A program made the position numbers and the translations under genes. From assembly GCA_964016885.1 (NCBI GenBank), contig OZ024746.1:88660001-88724000 (forward strand): DNA of 64,000 bases, in the 5' to 3' direction. Positions 26,971 through 39,256 of the stretch are shown piece after piece. The stretch comes from Eledone cirrhosa (taxonomy: Eukaryota). The first letter of the stretch is position 1. Each line of letters opens with the position of its first letter. The notes below the pieces were generated by a model that saw only the letters and a program-made list of their open reading frames with translations, was not told where the DNA came from and ran no database searches.

Positions 26971-28743
26971 TTATTGCCGTGCATTTGTTTTCTGGGGGTG
27001 GGGTGTGGTTCTGCTATTTTCTTGTCGTTGTTGCTGGGTGTGTGTGTTTTGTTGTTGTGTTTGCGATGTTGGTGCTTGTGGTGGTGGTGTTGAAGGTGTT
27101 GTTGGCGGTGGGGTTGTCGCCGGTGGTGATGGTGGTGCTAGTGTGGGTGGTGATGGTGTTGGTGGTGTTGCTGCTGTGGGTCTCTTTGTAGTAGACTTTA
27201 CCCTTTTCTCATTTCTTTCCTCCCTTTTCAAAGGCGACGATGCGCTGCTTCTGCGTTTGTGCCTTCTTACGACCTTTTGCCATCCCTCTCCCACCTCACA
27301 CTCCATGTCTGATTCTGTGAGGTCGGGGAGGGGTACCAGCTCCACTCTTTCACTTGTTGTTGTTGGTGATGTTTGCACTGGAGTCTCTGTTGCAGCTGCA
27401 TTTGGTATTGCTGTTGTTGTTGTTAATATTTCCACTGCTGCTGCTGTTTTTGATTTCCGTGGCGTGGGTATGGGTGCCACGGACCTATCGTTCCTGGTTG
27501 CCGCTTGTCCTGTTGCTGGTAGCCGTGGAGCCGGATTCGGAAGGAGGGGGGTTTTCTCCTTTCTCAGGGTCTTCTCGTTGCAGAAGGCCCTGAGGTGAGT
27601 CTTCGATCCACAGCGAAAGCATTTCGGTCGTTTGCCCTCAACACTTATGGGCAGTTGAGTGCCGTTATCGAAGTCTATCACATCCGGGATAGCTTCGATG
27701 CACTCCTGGTTGGTTGGGATTAGCATCTCAATGGAGGTGCCTACCCAATCTTCTCTTACTTTTTTCTGTACTTGCAGTACAGTTGTTTTGTCCTCGATTC
27801 CGACGAGGACAGACGCGGCCAGCCAAGAAGGGACCATTCCGGGGGGGACGTGGGTCAGTTTGACCCTCACAATTTTTTGCCCGCAGTAGGAGGACACCAA
27901 CACCATTTCCTCGCTCCTTAGGGTCACTACTGATTGGGCCTTTGCCTCCTGGGGTGTGGCAAAAAGTACGTCTACGGTGGCATATTTTTTGCCTCGGGTG
28001 ATGTGCGTTTTCCGCTGCCACACAGACCCCAAGGCTTTTTGTATTTGGGCCTCTGTGGCTCTTTCCTCCCTACGGGATTTTGTACTTACTGTACGGTACG
28101 TGACCGTACAGTGCTCTTGGGTTTCGAAAAATGTTTCCGCTGCCTTGCAGATTGCTCGGTGTCCATTCTTTGTCACCATCTTCTTCGCTTCCTCTAATTC
28201 CTCATTTGTTATGAGGATTGTTTCCAAGTTTTTCGCAATACCTGCAAATGAGATTGGTTTCTCTCTGCTGCTGCTGTTGTTGTTGTCGTCAGAGCTGCTG
28301 GTACTTTTGTTGTTGCTGCAGGTACTACGACTATTGCCTCCACCGCTGTTGCTGTGGTTGTTGTTGGTGTTGCTGCTGCCAATGCTGTTGTTGTTTATGT
28401 TGCTGGTGATGCTGTTGCGGCTGCTACTGTTGTTTTCATTGTCACTGTTGCTGTTGTTATTACGGCTGCTACTGCTATTATTCCTGACGTCAGACGAATG
28501 AACTGGGTTTTCGTATTTCCCGCACACCTGTTTCGTCGCTGTCGTCGTCGTCGTGGAGAAACCTTGCACGCTTTGCACGAGACTTTTCTTTTCTTTCGTC
28601 ACTTGCGAAAAAGAAGGGAGGGAGAGAGACACATTTAAAGAAGGGAGGGAGAGAGACAATCTTCTCTCTGCTGTAGTGATGATTGAGGAAGAAGAAGACG
28701 GAATGAGTGGGAGTGACGTATGAAATTTTTTTTTCGTAGCCAT
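26971..28743 (-). CDS. Tx1 ORF1 (gag-like nucleic-acid-binding protein)
   Basis: 590-aa ORF upstream of ORF2 with a CX2CX4HX4C knuckle (CFRCGSKTHLRAFC), an N/S-rich N-terminal region and a P/T-rich C-terminal region. Confidence 0.85.
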   Translation of the reverse strand: MATKKKFHTSLPLIPSSSSSIITTAERRLSLSLPSLNVSLSLPSFSQVTKEKKSLVQSVQGFSTTTTTATKQVCGKYENPVHSSDVRNNSSSSRNNNSNSDNENNSSSRNSITSNINNNSIGSSNTNNNHSNSGGGNSRSTCSNNKSTSSSDDNNNSSSREKPISFAGIAKNLETILITNEELEEAKKMVTKNGHRAICKAAETFFETQEHCTVTYRTVSTKSRREERATEAQIQKALGSVWQRKTHITRGKKYATVDVLFATPQEAKAQSVVTLRSEEMVLVSSYCGQKIVRVKLTHVPPGMVPSWLAASVLVGIEDKTTVLQVQKKVREDWVGTSIEMLIPTNQECIEAIPDVIDFDNGTQLPISVEGKRPKCFRCGSKTHLRAFCNEKTLRKEKTPLLPNPAPRLPATGQAATRNDRSVAPIPTPRKSKTAAAVEILTTTTAIPNAAATETPVQTSPTTTSERVELVPLPDLTESDMECEVGEGWQKVVRRHKRRSSASSPLKREERNEKRVKSTTKRPTAATPPTPSPPTLAPPSPPATTPPPTTPSTPPPQAPTSQTQQQNTHTQQQRQENSRTTPHPQKTNARQ

Positions 28744-29479
28744 GTTGTTTTTTTGTTTAAAATGAATATTGGGTACAAAACCCCAATAACTGGTTATTTA
28801 ACCCCGAAGGGCCAAATAACGGACAGAAAGACCCCTCTCACGAGGAGGAGGGTGTCTTTATCAACAATTTGGTTCAAGTTTTAAACAATTTACAATTGTT
28901 TTAACGGTTAAAAATTACTATACCTTACAGAGCCGAGCCTCCGTCAACCATGGCATTCAATAATAATAATAATAATAAGAAGAAGAAGAAGAAGAAGAAT
29001 ACACGACAATAAAGATGATGGGGAGGAGGAAGTTTATGATGGACACATGCCATTAACTAAATAACATTTAATTCTAAGATAATTAAATTTAAGCCCTTCG
29101 TGCATCCTTCACGTATCAAGAAAATAATTGTAAACACCTCAAAGTTGATAACTGCAATTTGATTTTAGTGTCAGAAATGTGGCATCAGTTGTATATGGCA
29201 TTTGTATTTCAGATTGATTTTTAATTATATTTCATGCAAATATCTAATTTTGAATTATATATAATGTAAATAATCCTTATTTAAACAATAGCTCCAGCTT
29301 TGATAACCTCTATTGTTAGCTCACCTTCTGCCACGGACCCTAGTATTATCAACAGAGGGACTGTGGAAGAATTCGAAGAATTATGTATTTCAGAACATTC
29401 TTTATATCTACAGGGAAAGGGAAAGAGAGATAAAGATCTGCATCCATGTGTACGTGGAACCTTATGTTGTCTTTATGAT

Positions 29480-29830
29480 TATTTCGTATGTAAGTTTGAG
29501 ATCACTCTGTGCCCAACATTCAGGATTTATAGAACGTAAATTCGATGAATCCTCAGAGATAGAACGTTGGAATCATTTGCCACACATAGACGCAGATGGC
29601 ACAGCATTTGATTTGGTCAGACACTCTGTCGCACAGAAGGGCAACACGTCCCAGACGCAGGGCCTACTGGAACCCTCGTGTGATGGGTTATATGGCGATC
29701 GTCGTTATCTCATTTAAGTTGACTGTGGATGGAATCATTACAACTTGACAATATATACGCCCGACTCTTGCGATAACATGGTATGGAGGGTCCTCTTTGG
29801 AGTATCCTCAACACATGCTATACGCGTATA
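29480..29830 (+). mobile_element. Old decayed RTE-like 3' fragment
   Basis: Residual LRSL..., RRRW.. and LLEP motifs in the order seen at the RTE C-terminus. Confidence 0.35.
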
Positions 29831-30362
29831 AATAAGATAGCCTACGAAGATACATGAGTCGGAGCTGAATTAAAGCACCGTTTAATGTCTGCTCTTTCGT
29901 TTTAGAGAAAATGAATGATATGTGTTCCATATCATCATGTAACTTTTCCTCTAAGTATGGTTATTTCTATCAGTTGTTGTGACATTAATCTCAGAACAAA
30001 TAGCAAAGTACGTGTGGTGTCGGTCACAAACCTAACATTTCATAGCGAAAGGCCTTCAAATGTTTTTCTTAAACATCTCCGATATTATTCGAAATACAAC
30101 ACGTACATACATGTGTCTAACGCTATATTGGAGCACCGATACTGGTTTCTTTTTTTATTATATGTATATATTATATACGATCCCTCCAACCTCTGCCCCG
30201 CCCCTATATGCATCCAATCATCCGTGCAGCTCGCGAACCACATCTTCCAAGAAATGCCAACATGACTGGACCTGTTAATTGTACCTAAAGACATGTTTTC
30301 CAATTACACCCCACCCATCCCTTCAATCTATCTAATTTCTCATTGTTTCTTCCGATGAAGGA

Positions 30363-30569
30363 CTAGATAGATGAATAGATAGATAAATAGCTAGATAAGA
30401 AGTAGATGAATAAATAAATAGATAAATAACTAGATAAGTAGATAGATAAGTAGATAGATAAGTAGATAGAAAGAAGAAGAAGAAGAAGAAGAAGAAGAAG
30501 AAGAAGAAGAAGAAGAAGAAGAAGAAGAAGAAGAAGAAGAAGAAGAAGAAGAAGAAGAAGAAGAAGAAG
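30363..30569. repeat. (GATA)n followed by pure (AAG)n
   Basis: Read directly; ~100 bp of uninterrupted AAG at ~30470-30569. Confidence 0.95.
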
Positions 30570-30701
30570 CTTTTCAACTTGTCGGTTTGTCTGAAATGAG
30601 GATCAAACCAGATCATTGGAGTCAGTTGAGCTGGCATGAGTACTTCAGGAGTATCTCATACTGATAAATGCCGTGGAATAAATAGATAGATAGATAAGTG
30701 A

Positions 30702-30817
30702 AGGCGTGTGGCTGAGTGGTTAGAGAATTGGATTCGCAATCGTAAGGTTGTGAGTTCGATTCCTGGACCAGGCGATGCGTTATGTCCTTGGGCAAGACAC
30801 TTTATTTCACGTTGCTC
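30702..30817 (+). mobile_element. tRNA-derived CORE-type SINE
   Basis: A box GTGGCTGAGTGG, B box GAGTTCGATTCC and CORE-like TGTCCTTGGGCAAGACACTT. Confidence 0.75.
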
Positions 30818-31613
30818 CTTCTACTTGGAGTTGCGACCGATAGATAGTATTAGCAATTGGAAAGACCAACGGAAACATTGTTCCCTCGGTCCGATTTGAC
30901 GAAAGTCGATCGTTCCTATAGATATATAGATAAGAATAAGAAAAATGTAGTGAAATAAATAAGGGACACATTATATTGAGCCAATAATATTCCGTTCTCC
31001 CGCCCCTAATATATATTTAATTTATTTAATTTCGATTGTTAAAATCGACACTTTAGGAGATAATGTCAGATTAGTTTCTCGTGTACTACGGACATGTTAT
31101 ATTTTATTACTGGAAATTAAACAACTTCGCATAAAGAACTAGCTGTGTTTAATTATTATGTTTTACATATACTTCGACAACCCTTTATATCAATTTTTTG
31201 TCTTAATGGTAAGAGATATGGAACATATTTAACAAGTGAATGGAGAGTAAAATATTAAGTTGAAAATGTGATAGTCTAACATAGTTTGAATGATATTCTT
31301 TAGTTTTGTTTTATAATTTAGATTTTAGTACACGTTTCGTGAAACGCGTAAGCTTAACTGTAACCCATAAATTCTCATATTAGCGTAATAAAATATAGAT
31401 AAGTTCATCGTGTAGTAACTGCAGTATCATAATTGCCGCTATAACACTGATCAGAAATATTTAACTGAGTGGAATGGGTTGAATAATTGAATACTTGCTC
31501 TACCATATTCGTTTATCTCTCACCATCTCCACCCATATCTCTCTCTCTTTCTTCTCTCTTATGTATGTGATTGAGCGTAAGTATGTTTATATATATATAT
31601 ATATATACACATG

Positions 31614-31682
<69 letters not shown>

Positions 31683-32307
31683 GTATCTGTGTGTGGGTGT
31701 GTATCTGTTTACTCATATCCATATATACACCGTTATTTGAATTTCGTACTTCCTCAATCATTATCTCTATTCCACTATCTCTATTGCTTCTACGATGCCA
31801 TTTACAGTTCACTGGGGAATATAATATATCAATTATATATGCTCCACACACATTACCTCCATTTCAACAAATGTTAGCTTACAACCGTAATATCATCTCA
31901 ATCAATCTTTAGTACTGTAATTTATGGCAGTAATTTATATCTTAATGAAGCTGTAAGTAGACAGTATTATATACGTTACTACATACGTTCCATATTTTAA
32001 TCTTTCATCTCTGAAGTTTGGTTATTGCAAAATTCAGAAATATGTTTAAAACCTATAGATGTGTGTTTATTTATGTGCGTGATGTGTGCATATGAATGTA
32101 TGTATTCAATCGATGTTTATTTTAATAACATATATCGATTTACGTCATATAACAAGAAACGATTGAATACGCAAATACCATTAGTCAGATGTGGTTTAAA
32201 TAGATAAGTTTTAGTATTTACTCAGATGTTATAAGAATTTCAAAGCAATGTATACGAGCACTCACGTTATGCACATTATATGTATACATACATACACACA
32301 CACATAT

Positions 32308-32394
<87 letters not shown>

Positions 32395-32612
32395 GCTGTG
32401 TGTGGCTGTGTGTGTATGTGTGTGTGTGTGTCTGTGTGTGTGTGTATGTGTGTGTGAGTTTGTGAGTGTAAGTTTGGTACAATTAAAAAACACGAATAAC
32501 TGTATATATTAAGAAGTGCGTTAGTAGCCTAGTTGCACGACTAAGTTACATAGAGAGTGGTCACCCGAGTCTACACCAAAGTTATATATACATATATAAA
32601 TATATATATATT

Positions 32613-33336
32613 TGTTGACGCTATAGTCACTTACATATTATGGAATACTGTTGGCTGGCTTCTTGCAACAATACTTTCTATACCTTTCATTTATATATTT
32701 ATACTCGGATTTTTTTCTTAGAGTGCTTAAATTATTTGTGACTAATCCCGGTATTTGTACAAAAAACAAAACAAAAAAAACGCGATAATATTGCTTTTTG
32801 CTGAACTCCTTATTGTAGACTTTTTTTCGGATTGTTTTTTACTGTTGTTTCATGTAATGAAACATTCCTCTCATTCTGACGTCACCGCCCCTGTTTTTCC
32901 ACATGTGCGTTTTATTTTCATAATCACGCATGATGTTAAACTAGCCTGTTTTTAAATTCCCTATTTGGCATATTAATCAGTGAGAATTTGGCTATCGTGT
33001 TGAGCTCTGTTGATGATCGTATTCCAACTGTGACCATCTCCACTGAAAGTTTTCGTGAAATAGTCTTTTTCAAGACTATACAGAGCATTTGTAGTTGTCC
33101 CAAATTGAAAGATGAGTATTTTAAACTTTATTTTTTCATGAGTTAAGGCTCTATTGATTTTTCCCTGGATTTCACTAAATTCTGTTGGATGAATGTATAT
33201 CCTAATTCTTTTTGAATTGAGTTTGAATTATTTTTCCCAATTCTTACGTTAACTATTTTCCCATTTTGACGCTATAGTCACTTATATATTATGGAATACT
33301 GTTGGCTTCTTGCTGCAATACTTGCTATACCTTTCA

Positions 33337-33342
<6 letters not shown>
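32613..33342. repeat. Direct repeat pair (~80 bp)
   Basis: TTGACGCTATAGTCACTTA...TATACCTTTCATT at ~32615-32692 and ~33266-33339. Confidence 0.75.
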
Positions 33343-33377
<35 letters not shown>

Positions 33378-33562
33378 TATTTTGGGGCTTAGGTTGTTAA
33401 TGCCTTGTTGACCACTATATTCAGTTTGTATGGCGTTTTAACATATATGTTTAGCTCTGGTTTGTTTAACTATAGAGCGCTTGCCAGCATAGCGCTGATT
33501 TTGCATTTCGTTTCGGTTTTTCTACCTTCCGAAATGCGATTCTCGCTTAATTTATATTTATT

Positions 33563-33642
<80 letters not shown>

Positions 33643-33690
33643 TCAATATAGATGAGATGATGGTTATAAGGGGCACAGAGAGTGCTAAAA

Positions 33691-33832
33691 AGTACGTTAT
33701 TCCGGGTTGAATCGGAGGTAACCACAGTAAGTAAGGTACTCAATACATCTCATCTATATTAAAACTGTTATACTCTGCAATGTATTGAGTACCTTACTTA
33801 CTGTGGTTACCTCCGATTCAACCCGGAATAAC

Positions 33833-33837
<5 letters not shown>
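33691..33837. repeat. Perfect 58-bp inverted repeat with 31-bp spacer, between (TA)n tracts
   Basis: 33691-33748 is the exact reverse complement of 33780-33837. Confidence 0.9.
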
Positions 33838-33867
<30 letters not shown>

Positions 33868-33910
33868 GAAAAGTATATATGTTTATTAAATATATATATA
33901 TTTATTAAAT

Positions 33911-34090
33911 ATGACATCACTTTCACCTTATATCTGGAGTCTAAAAGACAATCACGCCCAATATAAGTTACACTGGGAGATCCTAGCTAGGGCTAGATCG
34001 TATAACGGAAATAAAAGGCCATGTAACCTCTGCGCGGCTGAGCCCCTGAAAATACTCTCGCCAAAGACTACATCTTCTAAACATAAATTG
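33911..34090 (+). mobile_element. Penelope-like GIY-YIG C-terminal fragment
   Basis: TSLSPYIWSLKD..Y.L.WEIL.RA.SYN...CNLCAAE.LKIL. Confidence 0.75.
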
Positions 34091-34532
34091 CACAAAGCAT
34101 TCCTGTATTACAGCCCCACATTATACCTTAACAGATAGTACGAACTATACACTGATATTTTACGGCTTGATGTGGTAGCTAAGTATATGTTATGTTTATA
34201 CCATTACTTATTTGTATAGGTACGTATATATTACCTGTATGTTTTGTGAAGGTACGTATACTTTCTCGTCGGTATATTTGATTGTATATGTTATGACGTA
34301 TATATTATATATTCTGGTAATATGCTTTTGGTTATGTATATACATGAGTTTTGCGTCTGTGTAAGTATGCGGGTTCGTACGTATGTAGGGTGTGTGTATA
34401 TGTGTACTTTGTGTTTTGGTTGACGTTCGTCTCCGAATTTATGTGTATTTACATCTAGGTATGTGTGTGCGCTTGTTATATACGTATTATTTTATTTATA
34501 TACGTTTAGTTAATTATATGTATACACACACA

Positions 34533-34579
<47 letters not shown>

Positions 34580-35309
34580 ATATATATATTTTTATGTGTA
34601 TTTGGTGTATACATTCGTATGCGTGCGGGTACAGGCGTTGCGTGGGTTCTGTATGTGCGTGCGTTTTTTTCTTTATTTTGTGTACGTGCGTGTATTTGTA
34701 TACATGTGGCGAGTGTTTTCGCGTATGCTTGTATATGTACATATATTGTTGCGTGCATGTATTTATTTAATTTGAATTAGCTCTGTATTTTATTTACTTT
34801 AATCTTAACTCTGAAGCCGAGAATGATTCGGTTTCCTAGTTAGAACTTTAGTCTACGACTTCAGTTATACCATTTACGTGGTTTTGTCTTTGCGTGCAAT
34901 TATTCTCCCCGCTCTATATATGACGTATTATCTTCGTTCTTTCCTTTCATTGCCAGAGAACGTCTCTATGGACCACCTAATAGAATATTAGTCTACTAAC
35001 TCTTTTATACCCTAAACGTGGTTTCGTTTTTTACCGTTCTTTGCCAGGGAACGTTTCCACGAACCAAAGTATCATCTTCCTGTCTTCCTCAGGCTGCAAC
35101 TTTTTTTTGAAATATTCACTGCTGCGTTCACAGATTGACTTTGTTAGTTTCAGAAGATCCTGTTAAGCAGCGATTCTTTGCTTAAACTTTAATCCGTTAT
35201 TTTAATAAATATTTGCTCTAGGGTTCTTATATATTTGATATATATTTTTCCTTATCGGGCCCTCTTTGGACTTTAGTCTTCAAATTTATTACTATTACTA
35301 TATATATAA

Positions 35310-35404
<95 letters not shown>

Positions 35405-35939
35405 GTAGGCAAATAAAAACGCCAGGAAATATGAATTTCTTTTTAAATTAAGAAAACTATTAAAAGTCTTCAATCTATTATCGGACATATCATACTAATA
35501 GCCACCATGTATCTTTTTTGTATCATATATAATTCTCGCTTACAATTATTCTAAGATATACGTATACTTTGCACATAATTAGCACTCATATTCGTCATAA
35601 ATTGAAATATAAAGTTAGACGTCCATTACCATTCAAAGGTTTGATAAAGTTATATCTATATACATACAGGGTGTGTCACCACGGCTGCATCCGTATGTAT
35701 ACAAACATACACATATTTTATATATAGGCATGTAAACCTGCCTGAAAACAGGGATTTGATCAACATATTTATTAGATTTTCTGGCCTAATTATTCCCTCA
35801 TAAGAAGCCGTATGTATCATCCAAACAAACACAAAGAAAACACTTATTCGTTGGGCTTTTATAAACATTTACGGCTGAAATGGACGTACACATTTGCATA
35901 TAAAGAACGCTCATATTGGTAATCGTATCAGAATGTATT

Positions 35940-36060
35940 AAGATATTTGGCGTTAAGCTGGTCAGACGCAGCTGTGAACCACGCGAGTTAGAATGGCTCT
36001 TCCAGTGCCTCTCCCTTACCATCCTCCGGGTGAACGCCTTCTCCATTCTGTCCGCCGGCG
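35940..36060 (+). mobile_element. CRE-clade LINE 3' fragment
   Basis: GVKLVRRSCEPRELEWLFQCLSLTILRVNAFSILSAG matches the CRE C-terminus (WLFQRLS.AI.RGNA.SIL). Confidence 0.7.
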
Positions 36061-36474
36061 TTGTGGGGAGGACAGCACGTGGGACTCCATTTGCTCAAAA
36101 TAGGGATTAAGCCATATAACGCCTCTTTTTCTTTTATTCACAATTACAAATATAATGTACGTTTTTTTTCCATAAACAAAATGCAATAACTAGGTCCTAG
36201 ACTGCAACTTTGCGTATATAATTATATATTCTATTATTATGTAAGCATGGAAATATGCCATATGTTACGAATCTTCCAGTAAATTAACAACATAATAAAC
36301 ACCTTTATCGATATTCATTATCGTACACAACGGCTGCTCGAGAATTTCATATATATTCTAATTAATTGGCAATACGAGCTCTAATTATATACAAATAAAT
36401 ACGTTCTTTACAGATTATTACTAAAAGTAAATGGGTAAATAAGCGCACCTTTCCTTATGGATATTTGGGTAGTG

Positions 36475-36514
36475 TCATCATCGTCACCATCATCGTCATC
36501 ATCATCATCATTAT

Positions 36515-36572
<58 letters not shown>

Positions 36573-36590
36573 GCCATCTTCATTATCATT
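36475..36590. repeat. (ATC)n microsatellite
   Basis: Read directly. Confidence 0.95.
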
Positions 36591-36667
36591 TTACGTTCGT
36601 TATATATATATATATATATATATGAGGAAGTTATAGTTCAATTGAAGTATTGTGTAATGAGGTATAA

Positions 36668-37047
36668 GCGTTTGTATATGTATAATAAAGCCAAAACAAT
36701 GCAGGTATGGACATAGAATAAAGAATGCAAATGCAAAAGATATTGTTGACAATTAGTCTTTTACCTTTGATTTATTTAAATGTCCTTAGTTTTCGAGATA
36801 ATATCTCTTCTTCCGGGGGACGTAAAGCGGTTAAATTATTGTTCTAAATAGCTTGCCAAATCATGCTATTTAGAACACTGGTTTAACCGCTTTACTTCCC
36901 TCCGAAGAAGAGATATTATCTCGAAAATTAAGGACATTTAAATAAATCTAAGGTAAAAGACTAATTGCCAACAATATCTTTTGCATTTGCATTCTTTATT
37001 CTATGTCCATACCTGCATTGTTTTGGCTTTACTATACATATACAGAC

Positions 37048-37050
<3 letters not shown>
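36668..37050. mobile_element. Fold-back PLE remnant (~185-bp arms) between (TA)n tracts
   Basis: ~36670-36853 is the reverse complement of ~36864-37045. Each arm holds a degenerate C.GAAGA-GAGAT.att.ATCTC-GAAA hammerhead-like core. Confidence 0.75.
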
Positions 37051-37117
<67 letters not shown>

Positions 37118-37447
37118 ATAATAATAAATGTGAAGACTAAAATCTAAAGAGGGCTCGATAAGGATAAATATATATCAAATATATAAGAATCCTAGAGCAA
37201 ATATTTATTTAAATAACAGATTTAGGTTTAAGCAGCAATTCATTGCTTAAACTTTAATCTATTATTTTAATATATATATATACATATATATAAATAAAAG
37301 GTAGAGTTAATAACTCATACTGAAACCCTGTAATTAACAAGCTCAAAGTATAAATACTGAGCATAATATATGTAGTAATAAACACAGTAAATCGTGTGTC
37401 TAATATTACGAGGGTTGAAGAACCACATTTGTTTGAAATATTTAACC

Positions 37448-37905
37448 ATGAAGCAGACAAAATGATAAAAATAAAATTAAATTATTAAGACCGCCTCAAT
37501 AACAATTACATCTATCCGGTAGATTAGGGATTAATCTGTTTCACCCTGAGTGTGTTTGTAAAAGATAATACACGGGCATCATCAGCGAGAGAATCTGATT
37601 ACATGCGACAAACACATAATACTAACACTCACACAGAAAAATGAATTCATTACCTCGTGTGCCGTAAGTCAAAAGTGGTGTGAGTATACTGGACAGAAAT
37701 AACAGTCCAACACACGCAACTTTATAGGCTCACCTAGGGAGGGAGCCGAAATATAAAAGAAACCTCTGGCTGATGATGCCCGTGGATTATCTGTTACTAA
37801 GACCCCCAGGGCGAAACAGATTAATCCCTAATCTGTCCGAGAGATGTAATTGTTATTGAGGCGGTCTGTATAATTTAATTTAATTTTTATCATTCTGTTT
37901 GAACT
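37448..37905. mobile_element. Inverted pair of PLE pLTR segments, each with a hammerhead
   Basis: ~37448-37595 is the reverse complement of ~37760-37905. Confidence 0.75.
37764..37843 (+). ncRNA. Type I hammerhead ribozyme with GUC cleavage site and long stem III
   Basis: CTCTGG-CTGATGA-tGCCC...GGGC-GAAAC-AGATTA.atccc.TAATCT-GTC-CGAGAG. One stem I mismatch. The inverted copy (37511-37592) has CTCTCG in the stem I 5' strand but a mutated triplet. Confidence 0.8.
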
Positions 37906-38970
37906 CTTTATTGAGTTTTGCTACCTTCGATTGATGTGATGGCTTTTCCCGGCTGCGGGATGGGCGTTCGGAAAGTTCTGCCTTCCTTGAGTGCTTGGAA
38001 AAATAAATTTCGCCTCTTTCCGTAAACCCAGGGGCCGCCGTGCCGACTGTTTTGACAGCCATATTATACTTATACCTATATCTATAAACTCTAGACGTAG
38101 GCATAACTGTTAGCTGTATCATGCCTCTAGTGGCACGTAAATAAACCCCGTATAGTATTCGTATTATATTGACGATGGCCTGTCGAAATTGTAGACTTCC
38201 CGCTAGCACACCCAGGGCCTAGTGCAGCTACGTTCCGAGAGTACTCGGAAAAATTAATTTCCATTTCTTTCGCTGGACGATACCACGCGAAACTGGCTGA
38301 CGCGTGGTTAGGAGGTTCTGGCTGGGATTCACTTTCCAAGGCTTTAATCTTTATCTCACCCTGATATCTTATCGAGATTAAATTTTTCATATAAGACTCT
38401 ATCTGTAAGTTCATTAAATAATTATTTTATTTATTTTCCAATTTTAAATTTATTATTTTTTAATTTAATTTCATCCTATAACTCGTAACATAAGTTTAAC
38501 GTTCCAGATTTCTGTTCACACAGCAGACCATACATACACCCATTATATATGCCTTTGTTACGGAGTCGATAAAATAAAGTACCAGTAATGTACTGGCTAA
38601 TTGCTGGCCTTGTGCCTAAAATAGAAACAATTATATATGCCCTTGTTAAAATATAGATTCTTTAGAATAACGATTTTCGCGGCGTTTTCGAACTTGACTA
38701 TAGTATGACCCTTACGCTGACTTCTTTCTTTCTTTTTTCTCTTTTTTTTCCTTCTCTCTTTCTTTCTTCCCCATTTTTATTTTTTATTCTTTGACGGAGG
38801 TGGTAGTACATTATAAGCCTTCGCCCCCTCACCAGATGGTCATTAGCAGATCGAGTTGCCATCCCTTTGAGGGCGACTGGACGAGGTGAAGACAGCTAGT
38901 TGGTCAGTCGTCCTCTTTGTCTCTGATTTTTCGGACCCATGGTTTTTACATATTCCTTTGTTATATTTCA

Positions 38971-39030
38971 AATACCTGATGATTTCACCGGATTCATATG
39001 GAACCCGGTCATTGAAATGATCATACTATA
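38971..39030 (+). ncRNA. Degenerate minimal hammerhead
   Basis: CTGATGA...ACCGG/CCGGT stem...GAAAT-GATC-ATA, with a palindromic loop 3 and a weak stem I. Confidence 0.5.
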
Positions 39031-39223
39031 ATAAACTTTCAAGGATTTACAACAGTCCAGCCTCCTGTAATTTTTATTTATAATTAACTCCGTATTCGCA
39101 CCACCAACTACACACATGAAGAAGGGTGAACTGCACTACGTTGAGTACTCTCCACAATATTACACCAAGATTGACGATACGGAATGACCAAATCTAACCA
39201 GTGGTGAACCAACAAACCTAAAG

Positions 39224-39256
<33 letters not shown>

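Larger units (their letters stand above)
22929..28958 (-). mobile_element. Near full-length Tx1/L1-clade LINE inserted in (AAT)n
   Basis: ORF1 with zinc knuckle plus ORF2 (APE-RT-CCHC). AATAAA near the 3' end (22934-22939, minus). (AAT)n on both flanks. Strongly GC/CpG-rich compared with the flanks. Confidence 0.93.

Noticed and set aside
23140-28638. Plus-strand and alternate-frame ORFs overlapping the Tx1 element
   Set aside because: Shadow ORFs of GC-rich coding sequence with no recognisable motifs.
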